DNA of 64,000 bases from an uncultured delta proteobacterium (GTDB taxonomy: Bacteria > Myxococcota_A > Polyangia > Polyangiales > Polyangiaceae). Positions 38,713-47,994 of this stretch are shown here, in pieces. The notes beneath the pieces are model-generated. The model was not told the origin of the DNA, did not search any database, and saw only the letters and a list, made by a program, of their open reading frames with translations. The stretch lies in assembly GCA_963716725.1 (NCBI GenBank), contig CAVQUB010000003.1:96001-160000 (forward strand). Reading direction: 5' to 3'. A program made the position numbers and the translations under genes. Each line of letters begins with the position of its first letter. Position 1 is the stretch's first letter.

Positions 38713-39644
38713 CCGCGCTGCTCGAGATCGCCGCCGCGCGCATCGATCAAGATGGCGTTCCCTTGATCGAGGGCCTGTCGCTCACCGCGATGGGCTCGAC
38801 GCTGGGGCTGGTCGGAGATTTCCACGGGCTCTTCTCGCTCTTGGGCGGCACCGCGGATCTGGTCACCGGTCAGGTGTCGGTGTTGGGACACGAAGCGGAG
38901 CGCGCGGTCGCTGCGGGCGTCGTCGGGGTGGCCCGCGCCGAGTTCGCGCTGCCCGAGACGTGGAACCTCGACCGGTATTTGATCGAAGGCGCACGCCTCG
39001 GCGGCGTGAGTCGACGCGAGGCGTCCCAGGCGGTGGGCGCGCTGCTCGGGCGGCTCGCTCTGACTCACCTCGCGACGCGTCGCCTGAGCACGTTGACGCT
39101 CGGGGAGCAGCGCAGCGTGGGCATCGCGCTCGCGCTCCTCGACTCCCCCGCGGTCTTGGCGGTCGAAGATCCCACGCTGAGCCTCGACGATCGCGGCGTG
39201 GAGCTCATTTGCGGCGTCATCGGACGCGCGCGCGAAGGACGCCACCTGCTGGTTTCGTCCAGGGCTTTGCCACGATCGGGCCCCGAGCATGCGCTCTTCG
39301 AGGGCGCGGACGAGGTGATCGTGCTGACGGCCGGCGCCCTGGTGGGGCGAGGTCCGCTCTCTTTCTTCGAAGCGCCAGGCCATCGCTATCTGGTATCGGT
39401 GCTGCGCGGCGGTGGGCCGCTGGTAGAACGCCTGGAGAGCGCCGGACTCGAGGTGGCCATCGCGAACCCCAACGGCCAGTTCGTTCCCGTCACTGGCGGC
39501 GCCGGGAGCGACACCGCCGAAGCCGCGCGCCTCGTCGTCAGCGTGCCGGAGGCCGGCACCACGGACGCCATCGTCGAAGCAGCGCTGGAGGTCGGGGCGC
39601 CCATCGTCGAGCTCTTGCCCTTGCCCTCGCTGCGCTCTGCTTGA
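38709..39644 (+). CDS. ABC ATPase-like protein with degenerate Walker A
   Basis: LTLGEQRSVGIALAL..P.VLAVEDPTLSLD resembles the signature/Walker B region; no GxxGxGK. Confidence 0.65.
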   Translation: MTALLEIAAARIDQDGVPLIEGLSLTAMGSTLGLVGDFHGLFSLLGGTADLVTGQVSVLGHEAERAVAAGVVGVARAEFALPETWNLDRYLIEGARLGGVSRREASQAVGALLGRLALTHLATRRLSTLTLGEQRSVGIALALLDSPAVLAVEDPTLSLDDRGVELICGVIGRAREGRHLLVSSRALPRSGPEHALFEGADEVIVLTAGALVGRGPLSFFEAPGHRYLVSVLRGGGPLVERLESAGLEVAIANPNGQFVPVTGGAGSDTAEAARLVVSVPEAGTTDAIVEAALEVGAPIVELLPLPSLRSA

Positions 39645-39680
39645 CGCTGACGGCTCGTCCGCTTCATCGTACGCGCCTGC

Positions 39681-40770
39681 ATGACCAAGGAACGCGCCGC
39701 CCTCACCCGCGCTCGGCGCGTGGTCGTGAAGATCGGATCCCGGGCCCTGGCCGCCGACAAGGACGCGCCGCGGGCCCTCGCCGCCGAGATTGCCGACCTG
39801 CGCGCCACGGATCGCGCGGTGCTCTTGGTGTCGAGCGGCGCTATCGCCATCGGCTGCAAGCGCCTCGGCTATCGCACGCGTCCGCGCGAGATGGCCAAGC
39901 TGCAGGCGGCCGCCGCCGCCGGGCAGAGCGTGCTCATGCGCAGCTACGACGAGGCTTTTGGTGAGCGCGGGCTGACGGTGGCCCAGGTGCTGCTGACGCA
40001 CGCAGATCTGTCCGATCGCGTGCGCTTGAACAACGCTCGGGATGCCCTCGCCGCGCTCTTGGACGCCGGCGCCATCCCCATCATCAACGAGAACGATACG
40101 GTCGCGACCGACGAGATCCGCTTCGGCGACAACGACCAGCTCGCGTCGATGGTCGTGCCCTTGGTCGGCGCCGATCTGCTCGTGCTCCTGACCGACGTGG
40201 AAGGCGTGCTCGATCCCCGAGGCCGGCGCATCTCGACGCTGACGGCGGAGTCGTCCATCGGGAGCGTCTCGAGCTCAGGCGAACCGGTCGGCGCAGGCGG
40301 CATGGCCAGCAAGCTGGACGCCGCTGACAAGGCGCGCCGGTCCGGGGCCTCGGTGGTCATCGCCTCAGCCAAGCACCCGCGCGTGCTCGACGAGATCCTG
40401 CGCGGCAAAGACGTCGGCACCCTCTTCCCCTGCATCGGAGAGCCGCTCCGGGCGCGCAAGCACTGGATCTTCTACACACTCCGCCCCCGCGGGACGCTGA
40501 TCTTGGACGACGGCGCGGTGCGAGCCCTGGCCGGGGGCAGGAGCAGCCTGCTGCCGGTGGGCGTGTTGGGAGTGCGGGGTGATTTCCATCCCGGCGACGC
40601 GGTCCGCCTGGTGGACACGCAAGGTGCCGAGGTAGGTAGAGGTCTCACGCGGCTCGGGTCCCCAGGAAATGACGCGCGCCGCCGGCTTGAAGGGCAAGGA
40701 CCTGGAGCTGGCGGCGGGTGCGGGCGACCTGGTGGTCGTGCACAAGGACGACCTGGTGATCGCGCGCTGA
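39681..40770 (+). CDS. proB: Glutamate 5-kinase with PUA domain; +1 frameshift at CCCC 40660-40663
   Basis: VVKIGS, VSSGAIA.G, AAAGQ, INENDTV, FGDNDQL, GGMASK. Removing one C restores ..VVVHKDDLVIAR-stop at 40770. Confidence 0.93.
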
Positions 40771-40869
40771 AGAACGCTTTGGGCGACCCAAGACGTATGA
40801 GTCTCGATGGGTCAGAATGCGAGCGGGAACTTTCGGGAGAGCCCGTTGTCGGCAACGGATTCAGGGTCG

Positions 40870-41388
40870 ATGCATCACGTTCGTTGGACCGCTCTTGCTC
40901 TGGTCGGCCTTGGCGGGCTGTGGGCGGCGGTATCTTCACCGGTCCCGGCGGCCCCTGCCCTGGTCGGTCGACAGCTCGGCCCAGAGGTCGTAGCGCTCGA
41001 GGCCGAGGTGAGCGCTCGACCCGAGAACGCCTCCGCGCTCGCGGATCTCGTGGATCACTACCTGGATCGGGGAGCACCTGGAGCGGCGTTTGCGGCGCTG
41101 AGCCGCGCCCCCGCCTCGGTGAGGGACCTCCCGAGCATCGCCGATGGCCGCGCCCGTACCCTGTGGCAGCTCGGATCCGCGGAGGCCGCACTCGACGCGC
41201 AGCGACGGATGCTGGACACCTGCACCGTGGTGACCTGTTCGACGGTGCTGCTCGCGCGCGCCCAGCGACGCGAACGGTTGTTCTCCGAGCTGGTTCGTCA
41301 GGGCATCGACGATCCGAAAGACGACCCGGCCCGCACTCGGCACGCCTATCGAATATCGATGCGTGAGGTCACCTTGGACCTCCGATGA
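40870..41388 (+). CDS. Hypothetical exported helical (TPR-like) protein
   Basis: Signal/TM segment, helical body, RQGIDDP motif; overlaps the next gene. Confidence 0.6.
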   Translation: MHHVRWTALALVGLGGLWAAVSSPVPAAPALVGRQLGPEVVALEAEVSARPENASALADLVDHYLDRGAPGAAFAALSRAPASVRDLPSIADGRARTLWQLGSAEAALDAQRRMLDTCTVVTCSTVLLARAQRRERLFSELVRQGIDDPKDDPARTRHAYRISMREVTLDLR

Positions 41389-42227
41389 TCAAGAGCGTCG
41401 CCATCACCGCCGCCGTCCTCGCCTTCACCGCTGCGGGCTGCGCGAATATGCGCTCGTTCCGCGTGAAGCCGGATCAGACGCCCCGACCCGCCGCGGGCCC
41501 CGATGACGACGCTCGCCTCGAGCCCCCGGAGCTGCCCTTCGCGTTGGCGCGCGATGACGACTTCGTGGTCCGGGTGGTGGTCGCGAGCACCAGCTGTTCG
41601 GGGACGCTGATCGACGAAGACCAGGTCCTCACCGCCCACCACTGCGTGGCGCAGCGCGACAAGTACGGCGATTTCACCGACAAGAACGCGCGTCCGCGGG
41701 ACATCAGGGTGGAGCTCGGCGGCGACGATCTGCCCTGGGGCGAGGTCGGCGTGCGGGCCGTGGTGACTCCGCCTTGTGGCCACGCTGCGGGCGAGGGCGA
41801 CATCGCCGTCCTGATCCTGGAGCGAAAGCTGATCGGCGTTGCCACCGTGAAGCCTCGCCTCGACGCGAGCCCCGCGCTGGGTGAGCACGTGAAGCCCGTC
41901 GGGTTCGGGCGCTGCGCTTTGTCGACGGAGGCCATCTCGCGCCGACACCGTTCAGGCGGGCGAATCGACCGCCTACTCGATTCGCGCTTCCGGCTCGATG
42001 CCAGCATTTGTCCCGGCGACTCGGGGGGCCCGATCCTCGCGGAGGGCTCCGGAGAGGTCGTGGGGGTGATTTCCGCGGCGGTGATCGATGGCAGCGAGGC
42101 CACGCGGGGGCGAGCCGAGTTCACGCGACTCGACCGCTGGCGATCGGTCTTTGCTTCAGCAAAGGCCATCGCGGACGGGCAGAGCGCCTCGGAGCTGCCC
42201 CCCATCGGCGGTTGTCCCCCGGGCTGA
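41385..42227 (+). CDS. Trypsin-like (S1) serine protease lipoprotein
   Basis: TAAG-C lipobox, CSGTLI..VLTAHHC, DIAVL, GDSGGP. Confidence 0.92.
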   Translation: MIKSVAITAAVLAFTAAGCANMRSFRVKPDQTPRPAAGPDDDARLEPPELPFALARDDDFVVRVVVASTSCSGTLIDEDQVLTAHHCVAQRDKYGDFTDKNARPRDIRVELGGDDLPWGEVGVRAVVTPPCGHAAGEGDIAVLILERKLIGVATVKPRLDASPALGEHVKPVGFGRCALSTEAISRRHRSGGRIDRLLDSRFRLDASICPGDSGGPILAEGSGEVVGVISAAVIDGSEATRGRAEFTRLDRWRSVFASAKAIADGQSASELPPIGGCPPG

Positions 42228-42278
42228 GCGCGCACCAAATGTGCCATCGCCCGGTCCATCGGCTACGATTGGGTCGCA

Positions 42279-42923
42279 ATGCAGAAGCTCCTGAGGTTTC
42301 TGCTCTGGACCGCTCTCATCGTCGGCGTGTTGGTCGGAATCGCCCGAGCGACCGCCATACGCTGGTGGCGAATTCCCGAGGGTGACCCGTATCTCGAAGC
42401 GTCCATCGCTCCGACCTTGCGCGGGGGTGATCTGATCATCCTCTGGCGACTCACGCCGCCCAAGTTCGGCGACCTGGTGCTGTGCCCCGAACCCGGCACT
42501 CCAGAGCGCATGGTCGTCGGTCGGATCATCGGCGATCCGGGGGACAAGGTCCGGATCGAGGGCGCTCGCGTGGTCGTGAACGGCCGCGCTGCGGAGACCG
42601 AGCACGCCTGCAAGCCCCGCACCTTCAAGGTCTTTCACCCCAGCACGGGCGCGGAGATCGAGCAGAACTGCGACGTCGAGGCGGTCGCAGGCGTGTCGCA
42701 CATGCGCGGCGCGACGGGCGGGCACGGCGTGCAGGCCTCGCCTGTCGATCAGTCCGTCGAGGCCGGCAAATACTTCCTGGTCAGCGACAACCGGCTCTTG
42801 CCCTATGATTCCCGTGATTTTGGCCTGGTCGATCTGGCAACCTGCAAGGAAACGGTGGCATTCCGCCTGGTCAGCCGAGCAGGTTACCTGGACTCCGACG
42901 CGCGCTTCAGCGTGATCCGCTAG
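42279..42923 (+). CDS. Signal peptidase I (S26)-like protein, catalytic Lys apparently replaced
   Basis: SIAPTL.GGD, VVGRIIGDPGDKVRI, YFLVSDNR..YDSRDFG. Confidence 0.8.
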   Translation: MQKLLRFLLWTALIVGVLVGIARATAIRWWRIPEGDPYLEASIAPTLRGGDLIILWRLTPPKFGDLVLCPEPGTPERMVVGRIIGDPGDKVRIEGARVVVNGRAAETEHACKPRTFKVFHPSTGAEIEQNCDVEAVAGVSHMRGATGGHGVQASPVDQSVEAGKYFLVSDNRLLPYDSRDFGLVDLATCKETVAFRLVSRAGYLDSDARFSVIR

Positions 42924-42962
42924 CCTTTGGCCCCGGGTTTTTCTAGCGTGGGGGCAGTTGGA

Positions 42963-44045
42963 ATGGGTGAGCCCGCTCTCGAGCTCGGAATCGTCTGTGG
43001 GCACTGCGACGCATGCAGTCCCCTCGGGACGAATATCTGCGCGGGTTGCGGCCAAATTTTGCGGCTTTTTCTCGACGGAGCAGAGATCCCGATCCGGGTG
43101 CCCAGCATCGCGCCGCCTGGGGCGGTGTTCGACGACGACACGACCGTCTCCTTCGATACGCGAGAAGTCCGTTCCCAGACGGCAGAAATTGATCGAGTCT
43201 CGGTTGACGTTGGCCGCGCCCCAGTGGGGAGAGCGGAGGAGGAACGGATGGATCAAGCAAGGAACTACGTCTGTGAATCGTGCATGAGCCCGGTGCCAAG
43301 TGGGCACAAGTTTTGCGGGCGCTGTGGAACGCCGGTTCCGGACCACATCCTGAACATCCAAGCCAACTTCTTCAGCGACATGCAGGACCCCGAGAAGGCC
43401 CGCGTCGTCGTGATCCGCGGCCAAGACCGGCACGGTGGAGAACAAGAGGGTCTGTCCTATCACCTGAAGGCCGACCAACACCTGGCAGGGCACGGGCTCG
43501 ACCTGGATTTCTCCGACGACCCTTACGTCTCGCCCAAGCACGCCAACTTCTTCTACCGCAGCGGCGCCTTGGTGATTCGCGACGAGGGCTCGCTCAACGG
43601 CGTGTTCTTCCGGATCCGCGGCGGAGTCGAGGTCGCGCCGGGCGACACCTTCATGGTCGGCGAGCAGTTGTTCCGCCTGGACCCGACGCCCAAGGCCTCC
43701 GACGGCAACGACTCGGAGGGCACGTTCTTCTACTCGTCACCCAAGTATCCGAGCGCGTTTCGGCTCAACCAGCTGCTCGAAGGCGGCGCCGTCGGCATGA
43801 CGGTGTGCGCTCGGGGAAATACCCTGAATATCGGTCGCGAAGACGGCGACCTCAACTTCCCCGGCGACGTGTTCATGTCGGCCAAGCACTGCACCGTCGA
43901 GGAGAAGGACGGGAAGTTCATGCTGACGGATCACGGGAGCCGCAACGGCACGTACATCCGACTCAAGAGCGAGAAGCCGCTCGCCCACGGCGACTACCTC
44001 TTCTTGGGCAAGAAGCTGGTACGCGTCGAGATGAACAGCAACTGA
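42963..44045 (+). CDS. Zn-ribbon and double FHA-domain protein
   Basis: CGHC..CAGC, CESC..FCGRCG, VSPKHA..D.GSLNG, IGRE..MSAKHC..D.GSRNGTY. Confidence 0.88.
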   Translation: MGEPALELGIVCGHCDACSPLGTNICAGCGQILRLFLDGAEIPIRVPSIAPPGAVFDDDTTVSFDTREVRSQTAEIDRVSVDVGRAPVGRAEEERMDQARNYVCESCMSPVPSGHKFCGRCGTPVPDHILNIQANFFSDMQDPEKARVVVIRGQDRHGGEQEGLSYHLKADQHLAGHGLDLDFSDDPYVSPKHANFFYRSGALVIRDEGSLNGVFFRIRGGVEVAPGDTFMVGEQLFRLDPTPKASDGNDSEGTFFYSSPKYPSAFRLNQLLEGGAVGMTVCARGNTLNIGREDGDLNFPGDVFMSAKHCTVEEKDGKFMLTDHGSRNGTYIRLKSEKPLAHGDYLFLGKKLVRVEMNSN

Positions 44046-44049
44046 CCTG

Positions 44050-45492
44050 CTAGCGGCGGCGGCGACGGCGGCGACGCTTGGGGCCGAGCTCGGAGGAGTC
44101 CGCGGGTGGTGCGCCCGTGGGCTCTTGCCGCGCATGGCCGAGAGCGGTGCGATGGATCTGGTACACCTCTTCGGCCAGAGCGAAGAGCGGCGTCTTTGCG
44201 AAGCGACCCGTGCGACCGGACTCGAGACGCGGATAGATGGCCACGATCCGCCGCACCGCGTCCGCGATCCGACGCGGAACGTTGAGTCGATCGATGATCG
44301 GCTCGAGGAAGTCGGAGGCGGCCTCGACTCGGTCCTTCTCGCCGCGGGTGATCTCCTGCATCGGCTCGAGCAAGAGCAAGGTCCAGAGCACGACGTCGTC
44401 GAAGGCGCCGCCCCGCTCGCGGGTTTGGTGGTCGAGCTCGCGCAAGATGCGCCACACGATGCCGTCGTCCTCTTCACAATCCGAGAGGTAAGCCGACAGC
44501 TCGGGCAAGAGCACGTCGAGCACGCCCGTCTCCCACGCCAACCAGAACGATCGCTGGGAAGCGCCCTCGCGAAGCAGGCGCAGCAGCTCTTCGAAAAGCC
44601 GCGGGCGCGCGGCCATGGCCAAAGATCCGCGGCACTGCACGATGGCGTCGTACACGTCGGGAGTGATGCCCAGGTCGAGTCGCGCGCTGAACTTGATCGC
44701 CCGCAAGATGCGCACTGGATCTTCTTGGAAGCGCACCACCGGATCACCGATGGTGTGCACCACGCGGCCTTCGATGTGGGGCATGCCCCCGACCCAGTCG
44801 ATGACCTCGCGATTCTCGACGTCGTAAAACAGCGCGTTGATGGTGAAGTCACGCCGCGCGGCGTCTTCGTGGGCGTCACCGAAGACGTTGTCGTTGCGGA
44901 TCAGGAGGTCTTCGCCCTCACGCTCGTTGGCTTCGGGCGCGCGCCGGAAGGTCGCGGTCTCGATGACCTTGCCGCCGGCAAAGAGCACGTGGACCAGGCG
45001 GAAGCGTCGGCCGATGATCCGGGAGTTGCGGAACAACGTGCGCACGTCGTCGGGACGGGCGCTGGTCGCGATGTCGAAGTCCTTGGGGCTGCGATCGAGC
45101 AGCAGATCGCGGACTCCGCCGCCGACGACGTAGGCCTCGTAGCCGTGGCGAAGCAGGCGCCGCACGACCTTGACGGCGTCGGGGTCCAAGCGGCGATCGC
45201 CGAGGTCGACGGAGTGACGCGTCGGTGCGACGCCCGACGGCTCCACTTCGGGCGCCGGGGGGGCAGGAGGCACACGCGCTCCGTCGCGAGGCTTTGAAGC
45301 CGAACGACGGCTCACGTTGCCGGAGGCGGCTTCGGCGACGGAACGTTTGCTCTTCGCTTCATCGGCGTGCCGAAGAGGACGATCATCAGCGGCCAGTGAC
45401 AGGCTCCTCGATTCTGGGACGAAACGGCCCAGCGCGTTAGGCGTGTAGCAGGCTCCGCCCGGCAAAGCCAGCCCAGGGGGCGGTACGGTCAT
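44050..45492 (-). CDS. pcnB: Poly(A) polymerase PcnB (start uncertain)
   Basis: VGGGVRDLLL..PKDFDIAT, IIGRRFRLVHV, RRDFTINAL, EDPVRILRA, Arg-rich tail. Confidence 0.93.
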   Translation of the reverse strand: MTVPPPGLALPGGACYTPNALGRFVPESRSLSLAADDRPLRHADEAKSKRSVAEAASGNVSRRSASKPRDGARVPPAPPAPEVEPSGVAPTRHSVDLGDRRLDPDAVKVVRRLLRHGYEAYVVGGGVRDLLLDRSPKDFDIATSARPDDVRTLFRNSRIIGRRFRLVHVLFAGGKVIETATFRRAPEANEREGEDLLIRNDNVFGDAHEDAARRDFTINALFYDVENREVIDWVGGMPHIEGRVVHTIGDPVVRFQEDPVRILRAIKFSARLDLGITPDVYDAIVQCRGSLAMAARPRLFEELLRLLREGASQRSFWLAWETGVLDVLLPELSAYLSDCEEDDGIVWRILRELDHQTRERGGAFDDVVLWTLLLLEPMQEITRGEKDRVEAASDFLEPIIDRLNVPRRIADAVRRIVAIYPRLESGRTGRFAKTPLFALAEEVYQIHRTALGHARQEPTGAPPADSSELGPKRRRRRRRR

Positions 45493-47405
45493 TCTGGGCC
45501 GCTGCGGCGCGCCCCGCGGACCGCGCGGGTGGCGGCGGACCGACGCGGCAGGGAGGTGGCCCCCAGGCGGACGATGGCAGCTCGCAGCGCCGGGTCGTCG
45601 ACGACACCGACCACGCCTCGGTGGGGCGGCCAGCTCGGCCCGCCGATGGAGGCCGGCGCGCGGACGTCGGGCCCCTGCCACGGGCCGATGCTGCCGGCGA
45701 TGGCTCGCTCCCGCTCGACGACCCTCGGCAGGTCGAGGGCGAGCGTTGGAGTGAGCCCCACTCCTTGCAGCGCCGCTCCGTCCGGAAGCGCGAACAGCAT
45801 GGTCGTGAGTCGCAGCACACCCGCCCCCGCCGGGTCATCGAAGTACTCTTGCACGCAACCCTTGCCGAAGGTCCGCGAACCCAGCACGGGCCCGCGGCGA
45901 TAGGCCTGCACGGCGCCGGCAATCATCTCCGCTGCGCTCGCAGTGTAGCCATCCACGAGCGCGGCGACCGGACCGCTCCACACATGACCTTCGGCGGGCG
46001 GCGGCGCGTGCTGCAGTTCGATCACCCCGTCGCGGCGCTTCAAGGGAAAGACCGGCGCCCCGGGCAAGAAGACCCCGATGGCGCGCACGGCGCCGTCCAT
46101 CGACCCGCCGCCGTTGCCGCGCAGGTCGAGCACGACACCGACGGGCGGCCGCTCGCTTGCGGCCAACTCGGCGACCACGCGCTCGAGGTCTTCGCCGAGC
46201 TCGTCGGGAACGTCAGGCAGCGTGACGATCGCGACCTCGGAAGCGCCGTAGGCCGCTCGACGAAGGCCGAGTCCTGGATCCATGACGGCTTCGTCTTCGG
46301 GTTGGTCGAGCGGAACGTCAAAAGCCCTCGACGTCCGATCTCCGCGCCGTAGCACCACGACACTGCGGGTGGTCTCACCGCCAATCGACTCGAGGTGCGC
46401 GAGCTGCTCCGCTTGTTCGACGCTGAGCCCTGCGGTGGCGACGCCGCCGACCGCCAGCACGAGGTCACCCTCGACGAGGGGGGGCATCGGGTCGTCGACC
46501 ACTCGCACGCCGAGGGCGGTTCGGACCATTTTTCCCCAGAGTCGCGGCTCCCCGTCCAGGGCGGGATCGGTCGCGTAGAGCGCCCACTCTTCGTCGAGCG
46601 GCGCCCACTGTCCGTGGGGATCCACCGCGGGCACGTAGGCCCGGAGCGCAGCCGCGAGCACTGCGTGGGACCAAGCTTCGACGGATTGATCGGGGGCGAG
46701 GCGCGCCACCGCCGCTTCGACCGCGCCCGCGACGCCGCCAAACTCGGCTTCGAAGTCGCCGATGCGCGCCCCCAAGTCCCGAGCCAAGAGCTTGGCGGGG
46801 CGCGTCACGGGATCGTCTTGGAACACGGACTCCGCGGCGCGGAGAAACGCTCTCTCGCCCCGCGCTCGCGGAGCGCTGTGCCGCGCCCGATCGAGCTCAG
46901 CCCGAACCTCGAGCACCCAGTCGCGAGCCACGCGGCCAACCTCCTCCGACGCCCCACAGGGCGTCTCGGATCGCGAATCGGTCTCGAGCTCCACCACGAT
47001 GCGCGCTGCGCTGCGCCGGAGCGCGCGCTTGACGGGGCTGTCGGGCGCTGCTGACCAGAGCCCGTGAGGGTCGAGCCACTCGGTGACTCCCACCATGATC
47101 TGCTCGGGTGAGGGCGAGAGCGGCGGCGCGGCGAGCTTGGCGCGGATCTGCGCCACGATACGGCGAGCCTCTCGGCACCGGACCATCGTTGCGCCACCGG
47201 TGGGCAACTCGAGAGGGCGCGTGGAGCAGGACGCGGGATCGTCGCCTGGGTCCGCCTCGAGCACCACCGGCGGGACGACCTGCGGTGGCGTGGCGGGCGC
47301 CGTCACTGGTCCGAGCGCGGGCCCGCCGGACGACGCTCCGATCACCAGCGGCGTCGCGAAAGCGAGCGCAAGGGCCAGGGCGGCGCGGGGACGCATCGGG
47401 GTCAC
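45489..47405 (-). CDS. S41 carboxyl-terminal processing peptidase
   Basis: DPH motifs, VLDLRGNGGG, TASAAEM, RTFGKG.VQ, GVG..P. Confidence 0.88.
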   Translation of the reverse strand: MTPMRPRAALALALAFATPLVIGASSGGPALGPVTAPATPPQVVPPVVLEADPGDDPASCSTRPLELPTGGATMVRCREARRIVAQIRAKLAAPPLSPSPEQIMVGVTEWLDPHGLWSAAPDSPVKRALRRSAARIVVELETDSRSETPCGASEEVGRVARDWVLEVRAELDRARHSAPRARGERAFLRAAESVFQDDPVTRPAKLLARDLGARIGDFEAEFGGVAGAVEAAVARLAPDQSVEAWSHAVLAAALRAYVPAVDPHGQWAPLDEEWALYATDPALDGEPRLWGKMVRTALGVRVVDDPMPPLVEGDLVLAVGGVATAGLSVEQAEQLAHLESIGGETTRSVVVLRRGDRTSRAFDVPLDQPEDEAVMDPGLGLRRAAYGASEVAIVTLPDVPDELGEDLERVVAELAASERPPVGVVLDLRGNGGGSMDGAVRAIGVFLPGAPVFPLKRRDGVIELQHAPPPAEGHVWSGPVAALVDGYTASAAEMIAGAVQAYRRGPVLGSRTFGKGCVQEYFDDPAGAGVLRLTTMLFALPDGAALQGVGLTPTLALDLPRVVERERAIAGSIGPWQGPDVRAPASIGGPSWPPHRGVVGVVDDPALRAAIVRLGATSLPRRSAATRAVRGARRSGPE

Positions 47406-47496
47406 GAGATGCTAGCCTGCCCCTGGAGCCGGGACCATTCGCCGGATTTCGCCCGATCGGGCCGGCGGTTCCGGCTCCCGCCCCTCCTCGGCTAAG

Positions 47497-47994
47497 GTGC
47501 TTTCCGTGTTCGACGCGTTGGTGCTCCTCGGCTGTCGCATCGGCCCGAGGGGTGCGCTAACCGACACCGCTCGTCGCCGGGTGGATCGTGCCGCTCTCGC
47601 CTTCGCGGGCGGGCTCGCTCCACGCGTCATCGTCAGCGGCGGACGGCGTTGGGATCGTCGGGCCGAAGCCGAGGTGTTGGCGAAGGCCCTGGTCACGAGC
47701 GGCGTCCCGGAGCACGCACTGCTCTTGGAACTCTTGAGCTTCTCCACTTGCGAGAACGCCCGCTACAGCGTCGCCATCGCGCGGGACCTCGGCCTCGAAC
47801 GGATCGGCGTGGTCACCTGCGACTGGCACATGCGGCGCGCCCTCGCCGCGTTCGCGCGCGCGGGCATGAATGCCGAGGCGGTCGCGGCGGCCACCCCCGC
47901 TTCGCCGATCTCCGAGCGCGTGGTCCGGACGGGCCGTGAGCGGGTGAGCTTCTGGCTAGATACCTTCGCGACCTGGGGAGCGGCGACTCCGTGA
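47497..47994 (+). CDS. YdcF/ElyC (DUF218) family protein
   Basis: LVLLG, RVDRA, IVSGG, EAEV, STCENA, VVTCDWHMRRA. Confidence 0.9.
   Translation: MLSVFDALVLLGCRIGPRGALTDTARRRVDRAALAFAGGLAPRVIVSGGRRWDRRAEAEVLAKALVTSGVPEHALLLELLSFSTCENARYSVAIARDLGLERIGVVTCDWHMRRALAAFARAGMNAEAVAAATPASPISERVVRTGRERVSFWLDTFATWGAATP

Noticed and set aside
39681..41366. ProB with a novel long C-terminal extension
   Set aside because: Explained by the single-base frameshift; the extension is low-complexity and overlaps the next gene.
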